A DNA stretch of 59,817 bases from Phoronis australis (lineage: Eukaryota > Animalia > Phoronida), in NCBI GenBank assembly GCA_002633005.1, contig NMRA01001021.1, positions 9,367 to 69,183 of the forward strand, read 5' to 3'. Below, one piece after another: positions 10,651-22,560 of the stretch. The position numbers and the translations under genes are program-made. Within the stretch, counting starts at the first letter, position 1. Every line of letters begins with the position of its first letter. The notes beneath the pieces were generated by a model. That model saw nothing but the letters and a program-made list of their open reading frames with translations. It did not search any database and was not told the origin of the DNA.

Positions 10651-12643
10651 CGAATTAACTATAGATTGGTATATACTAAAAAATCCAACTCAAATATGCA
10701 GAAATTTTCATTTTAGGAAATACATTCCTCTACTGAGTTTTAACTAGAATGTAAAAATTCTATAGCTTTGTACGTATTTGGCTAAATACACAAACTAGTT
10801 GCTGAGGCTCTACAAAAGAGGCCCAACTTTCAAAGTCTTCTTTAATCGTTTCTTCCACTTACGTCACCTTGTTTTACTCTGCAACATGGCTCGTCGCGTA
10901 CCCCGGGGTAAAACAGATCATCGATAAACAGGAAATCGGGGAGGGCCGGGTAAATTCCGCCACTCAAGGCATGGAGGTGAAACCTTCGTGGTGACTGGCA
11001 TGGGCCGAGAGCAGGGGCAGTCCACAAAAGAAAGATCGAAGCATAAAGAAGAGACAAAATCTTAGAGAACTCTCGTCAACTACCTACCATTCGTGCATTT
11101 ACACTTTTTGGTCTTCCATAGCCCTTTGGTTAGACGCCCAGTTTTTAAAATATTGGATCGTCTGCGCTCACTTGAAAACATGCGGGGGAAATGGTATACA
11201 TTTTTCGCTACAGAAGTCCGCTCTTGGAGGGGTTGCCTGGTGTGGTTGTTCTTTGCCCCTCCGTCCATGAATTCACTGAACACGACTGTATATTATTTAC
11301 CACGGGAAGTAATACATAATTTAAATTCGTCATGAAAATCACAGAATGAGTGCGTGCGAAGCACAGCAGCATCAACCAAGAAATAGCATGAAACGGAATC
11401 GAAAACCAGAAGAACTTGGAAGGCCACTATGTGAATTAGACAAAGTTAACATTCTTAATGGTTTTAAAGTAATAAAACTATCGAAACTTGTTTCCCAAAG
11501 AATTCCATGAATAGCATTTTTTGAAGATCGTTATCGTGTAAGCATTATTGATGGAGAGATGTTCGCACGAAACGAGCTGTTGATTTTTATGACCCCAGTT
11601 GCAGTACAGTGTAGTACTCTAGAAAAATAGGAAAATTTTGCTGCTAAATTCGGTGGGTATGACTAGAAATGACTGATCGGATTCATGTGTAGCTTTTACA
11701 CATTATGTGCGTCATGCATTCTTTAAAAGTTTACTAGGAATTGTTTTTGCGGTTTCACTTTTGCATGAGGGATCATTAAAAATAGGACACTTGTGTTTTT
11801 TATGGAATAACTCATTAAAAGGAAATGATGAGTTTAAAAAACTGTTTTTGATATTTCAACTTGGAACATTTATAGCAAATGAAATTCGGTCATGGTACCG
11901 ATATCGTTGTTTTGCTAAGAATGCGGCTTTCTTTTTTGCATAATTTTACTAACAAGATAAAATAGCGTGACCCAGTTATTGACAAGTTATTATAAAACCT
12001 AAAATCAAAGTCTAAAGGGTTTTTATTCTAAGAATACCTTTACAGACTTAGCTTTTATGCTTCTGAAGATATTTGACTGAAGGCATAGACTTGACTTGTA
12101 TCATGTTTTCTAAAACCTACTGGTCTATTTACACCAAACCAACTTCAATAGATTTTAAAAATCATGCAATGCAAAGATTTGTCAATAAGGTCCTACACAA
12201 CATTAAGGTGCAACGTGCATGTACTGGAAATCGTGAACAAAATTTCTGTGCTTTTCAGAATGCAACACAAACCGTGACAGGCCACGAGAACGGTGGCATA
12301 GATAACAATCCGTGAAAATAACTTGAATTTGCCACCGAGCTAGTATAATATGCTCACACCAATATCGCGCTCTTTTGCGATATATTTATACCCTTTAGTT
12401 AATCAAAGTTACCGGATCTTAGAACGTGTGACAAATTAACACTACTTCTCAAAATTAAACTTCATCTTAATGTCAAAGTTTATGTAATTCACTTTTTTGT
12501 CCTTTGGATTGTTTCATTTCAGTCCTCCGCTGTTTTATTGCATTTTACAACGTCTTAGCAAACATTTTGGAAATGATGTAGACTAAAACCATGGCAGAGA
12601 TTAGACGACTCGATTAGTCACAGAAGTGACGTCAAGTAGCTTA

Positions 12644-13091
12644 CCGGGATTTTCTGTAGACATACCCACCCGATGAAACGCCCGTGGGCGTTTATTTGGA
12701 AAATTATTCCTAATAAACGCATATGGGCGTTTACTTGGTGTTACAACTTTTGGTGTCAAGTGTCCAGATAGTGGGCGTTTATTCGGAAAATTTCCTCTTT
12801 AAAGCCCACTATGCGTCAACTTTTAGCCACAAATTCAGTTTTGTGGAGCATTTATCATTTGTATATACGAATAAAGTGTTGGCGAACTATGTATTTATTA
12901 ACTTAAAATTAAAACACAGTTTTATGCAAAAAAATCGTTGATATTTTCATATCAGCCGAGGCTATGACTTTCCGATTACACGCCCCACCTTTCCGAATAA
13001 ACGCCCGGGCGTTCATTTGGTGTTACTGAAATGCCTGAAATTTTTCGTTTTCCGAATACACGCCCATTAGCTTACCTACGGAAAACAACGG
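12644..13091. mobile_element. TA-TSD MITE (Tc1/mariner-pogo type)
   Basis: TA|CCGGGATTTTCTGTAG ... CTACGGAAAACAACGG|TA imperfect TIRs; internal AAACGCCC/GGGCGTTT repeats; empty site in the paralog at ~33730. Confidence 0.8.
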
Positions 13092-13729
13092 TAGCAACAA
13101 AGACTGGTCCCAAATATTATAAGTATGCAGATTTGTCCCTTCACCACAATTCTCATCATTGGTGTTTTGTCAAAAATTGACACGTTTAGACAAGAATGTC
13201 CCGGAATCGAATCAGATGAGTTTTGAATTATATCCTAGGTGTGAGTTCCGCTCACGCAAACGCGCCAAAGGCGAAAGCGTGGCAGATTTTGGATACGACC
13301 CGTGGCCGCAAAGGCGTATCCTGACTTTGACAATTTCTCAAGGGAAACACTAATTATTTACCAGTTTATTTCGGGCTTGGGTGAACAGTCATTAAAACGA
13401 CACGTTCATCCCACTACTGAAGACATCGCCATAGCTCTAGCAGTGGAATTCGAAGCGTTTGAAGGTTCTCAAACGTTGAGGAAACCCTCTAACGGAGATA
13501 GCATCATAGCCCTTGGGGCTGGAGGGCAGAATGCTCAATTCAATAGAATGGAGAGTTTAGAGACTTGCGTGCCGAGCTAGGGCGCTTACGTAAAAAGGAT
13601 TTAACTTGTTTTTCATGCGGAGAAGTCGGCCACATAAGTCGAGAGTGTCGAGCACAGCGACAACAGTCGTCCCAGGCGGCTCAAATAAACCACCCAGCGG
13701 GGACGTCAAACTAGTTACGGCTGTTAACG

Positions 13730-14712
13730 CAGTGACGGATCTAGGACATCACAAGGGGGGCCCAACATTTTGTCTGGAAACATTTGTGCGAAGCACGATT
13801 AGATGCGCATAGCACCGAATGGGGTGAGGTCGGGAGGAGGGTTCTGTTTTTCCTCTAAAAATCAAGCATTTTCCTTGATTCCTAAAGTATTATCCAAGAA
13901 AAAAAGACAAAGAAAAAGAAGAAAAACAAAAACGCGGAGAACGTGTCAAACATGAAGAGCTTCATTTATCACAGACTTGAACTCACAACCTGGCGGGTAG
14001 AGCGCGCGTGCTTTACCACTGCACCACCACGACTTCACTCTTAATTTGATAATAAGAGACCTACTTGTTCATGGTCCACAGCGTTTGCGCGCAAACCCCA
14101 CTTCTTTTTGTAATGCTTATTACATTTTTTATATTTTGTGCAATAAGTTTGTAACAAATTTGTTGTATTTAAAATAGTCTTCAATTGCCCAAAAGACCAA
14201 ATCCGTTTTTTGTGTTGGCATTAATGACGCGATTGCTTTGGAAATCGTCTTAAGTTAAGGTTTGACAAAGAGAGAATTATGAGTTTCTGAGTGATTCACT
14301 AAGGCTTCGATTAAAATTCACATCTTACCAGCAGCTTCTGTTTTTTCATCGTCACTCAGATTCCATTTTCTTTAAAAAAATTAAGTAATTTACTTCATTG
14401 CACAGTGAAGCAGACTTCGGAAACGGAGTCGGAAAGCGCAGCGCCACTGCCTGTCGCCTGGGATATTGTGGGAGACCCTATACATAGCTATAGTTTCGTT
14501 ACGATTGAGCCGTGTTCCGAATTTGACACTTGAAATTGGATCTGAGCACCCCCCCAAACACACTAAAACTGCACACATTTAAATCTTGTTTCCGCAGTAT
14601 AATGTTAATTACCGGGGTTAATTAACAAACTCAACATTTCCCTACGCTTTTGCTATTTTATTTTTTGCGGCAGCCAAGGGGGGGGGGGGCGGCCCCCCTA
14701 AATCCGCCTATG
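13730..14712 (-). mobile_element. Family A element, full length, inserted between Gypsy gag and protease
   Basis: TIRs CAGTGACGGATCTAG / CTAAATCCGCCTATG; exact 5-bp TSD TAACG on both sides. Confidence 0.9.
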
Positions 14713-14913
14713 TAACGAGACCGGGGGGTTCAGTCGGAAGCAGTGCTGAGTCGTTAGCAGGTTGTCTGTTTGTGAATGTACATATTTTTAGTAGGGGATT
14801 TGAAGCATTGTATGATGGTGGGTCGGCTGGGACGATTATTTCTAGATCTGTGTTCATGCGCGCACCCAGCCTTCAATATGGGGGGCTCGAATTCCTGACG
14901 TTATGGACCTTTT

Positions 14914-15089
14914 GCGGATCTAGGATATCACAAGGGGGGCAACATTTTGTCTGTAAACATTTGCACAAAGCACGATTGTAGATGCGCATAGCACCGAATG
15001 GGCATACCCCCCTCCCGCCCAGGAAAAAATTCTGTTTTTTCCTCTAAAAATCAAGCATTTTCCTAGATTCCTGAAGTATTATCCAAGAA
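14914..15089 (-). mobile_element. Family A terminal fragment
   Basis: GCGGATCTAGGATATCACAAGGGGGG... matches 13735-13900. Confidence 0.8.
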
Positions 15090-16960
15090 GACACTCCGAC
15101 GAGCATACATAGTGGCACGCAGGCGTCATGCCAGCAATAACATCATCATACCGCTTCAGACCAGCTCTCAAATCATCATGAAGAATATCATTGGCCATTG
15201 ATTCTTCTGACGAACTATTCTCTGTCACTGCGAATTCTGAAAACCTATACTCTGAATATACCAATGGCAGTAGGGCGGAAGCCAGAAGTGAACTCTCGTG
15301 AGGGCATTCCACTGTAATCCAGGGTTCAGAATCGGAAGACACTGGCTGAGCATGACATGTCCCAGAGTATACATCTAGTTATGTGATCAGTTGGGATGTC
15401 TAGGATGTCTGAAGAATCTGTCTCCATATTCTGGCGAGCCAAAATTTGTGTACAAGCATTGAACTGCTCCACCTCTTGGCATGGAATCTGTGTGTACTGT
15501 GTTGGTGACATTCCGGACTCCTGGAATTTCTCGGATGAACCTGAATTTCTTTCTTCATTGGTTTTGGATTGGCGTTACTTGATCTGTCAATATTTGGAAG
15601 TGGGATGTTGAATGTTCTGGGCTTTTCTGATAGCATTCAGTGCTGAGTCTACCAACATATGCCCCCTCACTGCTCTATCCCCACTTTTTTCGTTTAACAA
15701 AAGGATCACACTGTTTGATGCATGCACCATCTCAAGAACTTCTTGAAGACCTGTGCCTGACATTAGGTATCCAATGCATCCCAGAAAGCTCATCTCAGTA
15801 TGAAATCTTCCAAGCCTGGCTAAGAACCAGAGTCTGCAGATCACTGTCGTTTTGTTTGCTGGCACTAATTTCCTCTAAAATCAGTTACCTATGTTCATAA
15901 AAAGCATGCATATTAAACAAATTGTGAGTCCTAACTATTAAAATTTAATTAGTAACTTTTTGTTACACAATCCTATTTGCTTTTCATCAAATTCAGGTGA
16001 AATCAGAAGCCAAATTCTCAATACATGCCAGCAGCAGACGAAATCGATGCTTGGGAACAACTAATAATATCTCCAATAGCATAGAAAAAAGCCCCTTCCT
16101 GCCCAATTTTATTAAGGGTTTGTGTAATGAATAAGCCATTAACTCCACCAGAATAACATATTTTTCTAAGAAATATTATTTTTGATACCTCAAATGAATA
16201 TATTTTACAGAAAAATAATTGAGTTTGTGAAATTTATTATGAAAATTTAACTAAAGCCTTTTCTGAAAAGCACACCAACTTTAATGTTATATAATCTAAA
16301 ATGTGATTAAAATTCCACATTTAGTATCGAAATCTGAAAAACAAAGTATAGAAACAATCAACTCATTAACCCTGACTGTAGATTGTAAAATGTTTTTGCG
16401 TAAATGCGTATCAGGTTACAAAGAAAGTTTGCAGAACGTAAATGCGGTAAATTGGGGTTTGTGAATTGGCAGCCATTTTGGCGGCCATTTTGTCAGCTAT
16501 CTTGATTTTTTTCTCGCAAACCAGCGACCAATTGTAAGGTCCAGATATTTTAAATTGTCTAACTTACAAAAGAATAAAACTTTTGCCATTTTCAGGGCAA
16601 AACATAAAAAGAAATCTTGCAACATGTACCAAATCGCCGTTTCGGCCGCATTTTTGTCGGCCATATTTTATGGAAAATTGGCATCTTTTGATTGATATGC
16701 CTGTTATGAAAAGGATATAATCAATGACAAACTTTATTGTTTTATTTTTAGCTGTTACATAAGAGTAATATGCCAGAAAACAACAAACACCGGTTTTGTC
16801 GGCTATTTTTTCCATCTTAAAAAACCGACTTCCGCCACTCCGATTTCGGTAGATTTTTTTCTGACACCAAGGGATATTTGAAGATGCCATTTATGCAAAA
16901 AAAGTTCTGTTGCAATTTTTTCTAGTTTGGGCCCTGTGGAGCCCTAGAATGGCTGGACTA
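15090..16960 (-). mobile_element. Academ DNA transposon fragment with transposase remnant
   Basis: Minus-strand RLGRFHTEMSFLGCIGYLMSGTGLQEVLE..ASNSV..RAVRGHMLVDSAL (15587-15865), the Academ-type transposase motif; terminus TAGTCCAGCC at 16960. Confidence 0.8.
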
Positions 16961-17520
16961 TCAGGTATTTGTCTCAAGTACAGAACGTGGAAGAGACAGT
17001 TCTAGCGTATGCTAACAAAACTTTGTCTAAATCTCAGCAGGGGTATTGTACTACCTATCGTGAATTATTGGCCGTGGTGACGGTTTGTAAAAAATTTTCG
17101 CCATTATTTGTGGGCCGGGTAGGAAATTTACTGTGAGATCAGATCATAGTTCTTTAAGTTGGCTAAGAAATTTTAAGGAACCTACTGATATGGTAGCGAG
17201 ATGGATTGCTATTTTGAACACTTATGATTTTGAAATCAGACATCGTAAGAGGAGTCTTCACGGGAATGCTGATGGTCTTTCTAGGAAACCCCGACGACGT
17301 TGTCAGCGTGAAGATTGCCAACAATGGACAAATTGTTGTTTTGTGGAGGCAGCTGTGCCGAAATGCAGAAAACGTAAGGTTAATATTGCATCCTGTTATT
17401 CTCAAGTGTTTGGTTGCCAACTTGGAGTTCAGAAGAACTGCGCAAGTTTCAACTCGATGATTCGGTCATTGGTCCTGTTGTTTTGACAAAAGAGGCTTCG
17501 GTGGAAAAACCTTTGATGAA

Positions 17521-19022
17521 ATGGGCGGTTATGATAGATTAATCAAACGTTTAATGAGTGAATGGAATTTGCTTGAATTTAGAGATGGTGTTTTATATCG
17601 ACGATGGGTCGATAGTGAAGGTGTTGAAGATAGACTAGTGGTTGTTGTTCCGCAAGTTCTGCGAAGTGAAATTATGACGGCTTTGCATGACAATCGTACG
17701 GCAGGTCATCTTGATAGTGAGAGAACTTTAAAAGCTGTGAGATCACGATTTTACTGACCAGCCGGGTTATTAGGAGATGTCACTTGGTGGTGTCGCAAGT
17801 GCGATATGTGTGCACGTCGGAAACCAGGTCCAGGGCGAGGTCATGACCCTCTCAAGCCTAGTATTAAGTTGGCGCTCCTTTTCAACGGTATTGCGATATG
17901 GACATCATGGGTCCTCTCACTGAAACAGAAAATGGCAATAAGTATATACATTATGGTTGTCAGTGATTATTTTAGTAAATGGGTTGAAGCCTATGAGTAT
18001 ACCTAATCACACGGCTTATACTGTTGCGGATACTCTGATGACTCTTTTCCGGCATTAGTCGATTTGGAGTAGCTAAATTTTTGCATACCGACCAGGGTAA
18101 AGAATTTGAGAGTGAGCTTATGGCTGAACTCTGTAAACTTTTACGAGTTAGCAAAACGCGTACCACACCCTATCGTCCCCAGAGTGACGGTATGATTGAG
18201 CGTTTTGATCGGACTGTTCAGCAGATTCTGGCTATGTTTGTGAATGATAAGCATGAGGATTGGAATGATCATTTACCATATGGCATGATGGCATACCTAT
18301 CTACTGTTCATGACAGTACTGGTTGTACTCCATATTCACGCAAGTTGATTTTTGGTCGCGAAATGTCGCTTCCTATTGATATTATGGTTGGTAATCCTGT
18401 GGAGGCAGATTCGGAATCCTCTCCGTCATGCTTGGTTGAATATGTTGAGTGGCTGAGGTCGTCTGTCCAATACTCTTTTGAATTTGCGAGGGAGAATCTA
18501 CAAAACAGTTCTAGGCGGCAGAAAACGTATTATGACTCGAAGACAGTTTTGAATAAATTTGAGGAGGGTCGTTTTGTTTATAGGCGGTACCCACCCACGG
18601 CTCAACAGAAATTGGAATTGGGTTGGCGGGCTCCCTACTTAATTCTTGCAAAGTTATCTGACTACCTTTACAGAGTTCAAGAAGGGCCTGGTTCTCGCGC
18701 AATTGTTGTGCACGTAGACCATTTAAAGGCCTGTTCACTGGAAGGCTTGGTTCCCTGGGATTCTGCACCACCGATTGTGGATGAAAATCCTTCGGATGTC
18801 CATTACACAGCACCCAGTGATTCTCCACCATCGAATGTGGACAAGAATCACTCAAATCGGGAGAATACTCCGCCACCAGCGACCGAGAACACCACAGGAC
18901 CGACAATTAAGAGAAGTCGTGTTATTCGGAAGCCAGTGAGATTCATCCAGGGTTCTGGAGGACGAGACCAGGCCTTTGACGAAGTGTGGACGAAAGTCTG
19001 CGGGGGCAAGGGCTGTGGGTAG
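17521..19022 (+). pseudogene. Gypsy integrase (broken)
   Basis: LHDNRTAGHL, CRKCDMC, DIMGPL, HTDQGKEFES, YRPQSDGMIERFDRT and GPY/F-like WRAPY..VHVDHLK. Confidence 0.9.
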
Positions 19023-20764
19023 AAGATCACACGTCCCAAGAAGTTCAGGGAACACCTGAAAACCCGGCTGCACCAGAAACAAAACGATTTTTATCTGCAG
19101 CTCTTTTGGGTTTCGTCACCAGCGACGACGTCAAGTCTACCGGTATGTTAAAAAGAAGGGTCACGGGACTGTTGGAACTCTGGTGGTCGCCAACCGACAA
19201 TACTGGGAACGGACTCGGCCGCTGCGGAGAAAAGGAGGCAAGTTCAAGCGCTTTGCCGGGGACAGGCGACGCCGTTCACAGCTGACGTCCCTTATGCCAT
19301 TAGATAATGGGTTATTGAAGGCTTTGTTGGTCAGTTGAATTTGGTAGATTTTTTTGTATGTTTTCTTTGTGCGGCCACACAATCGATCAGTGTGCGCAGC
19401 ATAGGGCTATTTTAGCCTTTTATATTATATTTGTGGTTTGGGGTCCGCTTTGGTTTTAGATGAGTTTTTGCATATTACTTGTTTGTGATTGAAATACAGA
19501 ACTATGTGTGGCATATTCTGTGTATTATGTAATGTGTTTGAGATAAGTGTTTGGTAACTTGCTATATTTTTTTATTTAAACTCACGACTTTTGAATCTAG
19601 TACAGAGTACTTTAGATCTGAGAGGGGAGTGTGACGGGAGCGCCGTCTATTGATGGAGTCGTGAGTGAAGTAGAGTCGTCAGGCAAGACTATTTTTAATT
19701 CCTAACCAGCAAGATCTTCCTATCCAGTGCAGACCTGTTGTCAAAGCCTCTTAGCGGGGGATTGGCATAGGGGGTTGGGGTTGTAAAATCTGGTGCAACT
19801 GAATGTGTGGAAATAACAGGTACGGTAATGCGTGTCAGGGGGAAAGGGCATGGTGAGGTTATTCTTAACCTTCATGAAGTTCCTTCAAGTTTATTTCATG
19901 AAACTGTTTTGCTATCAATTGTAAACCCATAACAATATATTACTTTTTCTGAATTCTCAGTGACTGAATAGGCTTAGCTCGTGCCTTGAAATGTTGCAAG
20001 TCATTTATAATTTCAAGTGACTGCCATTTTTTGTGAAAATTGCATTTTTGACGGTGCCTTACGATTTGTAATTACTCTTAAACAACAGAATTTCTGAAAG
20101 ATTATCCATAATTTTTAAATGACCCAAGTCTTCATATCTTCTATTAGATTAAAGAAGAAAAACGGTTCCCTCAACCTTAGGCTAGAAGTATGCTTGACAG
20201 ACCCATGAATCTGTAATTGGAGTTTGAAATTGCTGAAAGTATCAAAAATGAAAAGGTCTGAAAATGAGTAACAAAGGTTTGAAGTTGTTTCAAAAAACTT
20301 GCATATTTTGCTGACAAGTGATGCGTTTAAAGAATTGTTATGGCTACGAATGAAAAATAAAGACGCAGTTTTATGCAATACTTATTATATACACCCTCTT
20401 GCTTTCTGAATATAGTAATTATTTAACTTAGTGTGAAATTGTGGAGCAGTCACCGTATCATATTTTTGAAAAACAGGGGTAGCATTTTTGACCCAATCTG
20501 GAGTACTTAATTATTCATATTTCAATATTTGTTCCAGGTTCGGTGACACTTCAAGCCGCAACATAGACAAGCTTTGTTACTCGTTTCTCTTCCCACAGCA
20601 TTTCCACACACCAGCAGTGCTGCATGGCACAATGTACAAGTCAGTGGCCCTGGAGAAATGTGAATCGAAGTACTAAGTTACCATAAGACAATGTGCCAGT
20701 GGATTGTTTGTGTATGAAGAGGACCTATATCTGATGTTTTATTGTTTTTTAAAATGTCTTGGCA

Positions 20765-20970
20765 ATTATAAGAATACAGATTGGTCCCTTTACCACAATA
20801 TAGTTCTCACCATTGCTGTTTTGTAAAAAAATGACACTTTTAAACAAGATGGCCCAAGAATCGAATCAGATGAGTTTTGAATTACCAGTATATCATATGA
20901 AAAGTTTTTAAAAAGAATTCAAATCGCGTTACCCGTGGTCAACACGAAGGTATGAACGATCAATATTGAG
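20765..20970 (+). repeat. Third copy of the downstream block of the duplication unit
   Basis: Matches 13110-13234 and 33760-33945 (CAGATTGGTCCCTT...GAATCAGATGAGTTTTGAATTA...CAATATTGAG). Confidence 0.75.
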
Positions 20971-22560
20971 TTCATAACTTCATAATACAAATACTAGATA
21001 TTTTGAGATTAAAACAAAATTTTGTATCATGAGTTTTTATTATAACACAATAGTAAAAAAACAGGACAGAAATGCAAAAAATCCAGTACCCAAAGGAAGT
21101 GAGTGAGGCGCATTTCGCCTTTTTACACAGAGGTGTGAGTGTCATAAGAACTGTGATCATTTGAAGCAGGGTAAACATAGCTGCAAACTTAAGGCTCTAG
21201 GACAGTGTATTTACAGATTATATACCCAGTTCATGTAAATTTCTTGTTAATGTCTATACTGCTGGGTTCTTAGATATTGAACAATGTTTGACTGTTCAGT
21301 AAAGAACTTGCAAGACACTTAAAAGCACTTAAAACCAAGTCGCTAGTGATTCATAGATAGAACAGGGTAATGCAAGCAATAAATAGATATAACTAACAAA
21401 AACTGAATAACAAAGAACCAGGCCTTGTTCTTGTTACTTCTGTTAATATTTAACATTCAGACACATTTTAATAAACCTGGTATGTATATAAAGATGTAAA
21501 TCTTGAACGGCATAGAAATATAGGTCACAGGGCCAGAAATCTTTCAGACTTATGTGGCCAACAGATGACATGCAGACCAGACTTAAAAATGCTTATGAAT
21601 TGTCATATGCCTATTCATATATGACAAGGTACCTGACTACAAGTGCAATGCTATTTAATACTGAGACTAAGACAAAGAAATTTGACCAAATGTGGCATTC
21701 ACACTATTCTACTGCCCCTTCTATTCCCCTCACAAGTCCTGTCACAACAAACTCGTTTTCCAAACATTTTGTTATCTTCAAACAAGCTGGGAACAAGTGG
21801 AAACAAGGAACCTTGGTCACAAACAACACAGTTTGTGGACATTTTACTCAGCTTGTTGCTTGGTCAGTTTCCCCATTTTTTGATATCATCTTGTAAACTA
21901 AACTGATGTGACAGCTCCCTAATTAACAGAAGGCCAGTAAAGAATATACCATAAAACAGTCTCAGCTCTGATTCAGTGAATGACTTGATAATAATTTGAT
22001 ACACTTGAATATAATTGATGACAGAGGTAAATAGTGGAAACGACGCTAGAGTGTAGCATTAAAACGATGTTTTGATATTAATCAAAAGTGATCCTTGGGT
22101 AGATAGTAGAAGATAGTAGAGAGAAAACAAAATATTGTAACAGAATGTTCACACTGGTAACAGTCCACTTTCCAGCACAGGGTTGTTCTAGTTTCGTGAT
22201 ATTCAACGAATCGCCATTACTTGGTGACTGAGATTCACGAGTGTTCATATCTCGTCATAACTGCCTTGCACCTTCTAGAGCTTGCCAGAGTAAGAATTAG
22301 TCCTTGAAAGTTTTGCACAAAAGCACCACCTCTAGTACTATAGTGATGTAACGGTGTGATCATAAACTGAAACCTTTCACGGAAGCTCTTTGGAAATTTG
22401 GGATGTACTCCAGTATGTACAACCTGAAAAAATAAAAGATCTGAAATAATTCAAATCACATTTTTTCAAACACTACCCATACTGCATGACATATTGATCT
22501 ACTGCAATGGTTAAACAGTTGAGAGTACGGAACCTACTGAAAAAGATGTACACAAATATT

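Larger units (their letters stand above)
3091..13234 (+). repeat. Segmental duplication unit 1 (TRIM locus copy 1)
   Basis: Colinear blocks: 3091-3257~24024-24201; 4626-8500~24202-28140; 11965-12035~31493-31563; 12455-12642~33560-33732; 13094-13234~33734-33860. Confidence 0.85.
13235..19680 (+). mobile_element. Degenerate Ty3/Gypsy LTR retrotransposon (gag, protease, RNase H, integrase, PPT, start of 3' LTR; RT missing), interrupted by other elements
   Basis: gag EFRSRKRAKGESVADF and CCHC knuckle CFSCGEVGHISREC at ~13606; protease ALYDGGSAGTIIS at ~14805; RNase H AYANKTLS..YCTTYRELLAVV..SDHSSL..HGNADGLSR at 16965-17290; integrase HHCC and rve at 17680-18730; PPT AGAGGGGAG at 19621 followed by TG at 19630; many frameshifts. 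Confidence 0.92.

Noticed and set aside
20538-22426. Isolated exon-like stretches (+20538-20676; -22150-22424)
   Set aside because: Splice acceptors are present but there is no recognisable protein motif or consistent gene model
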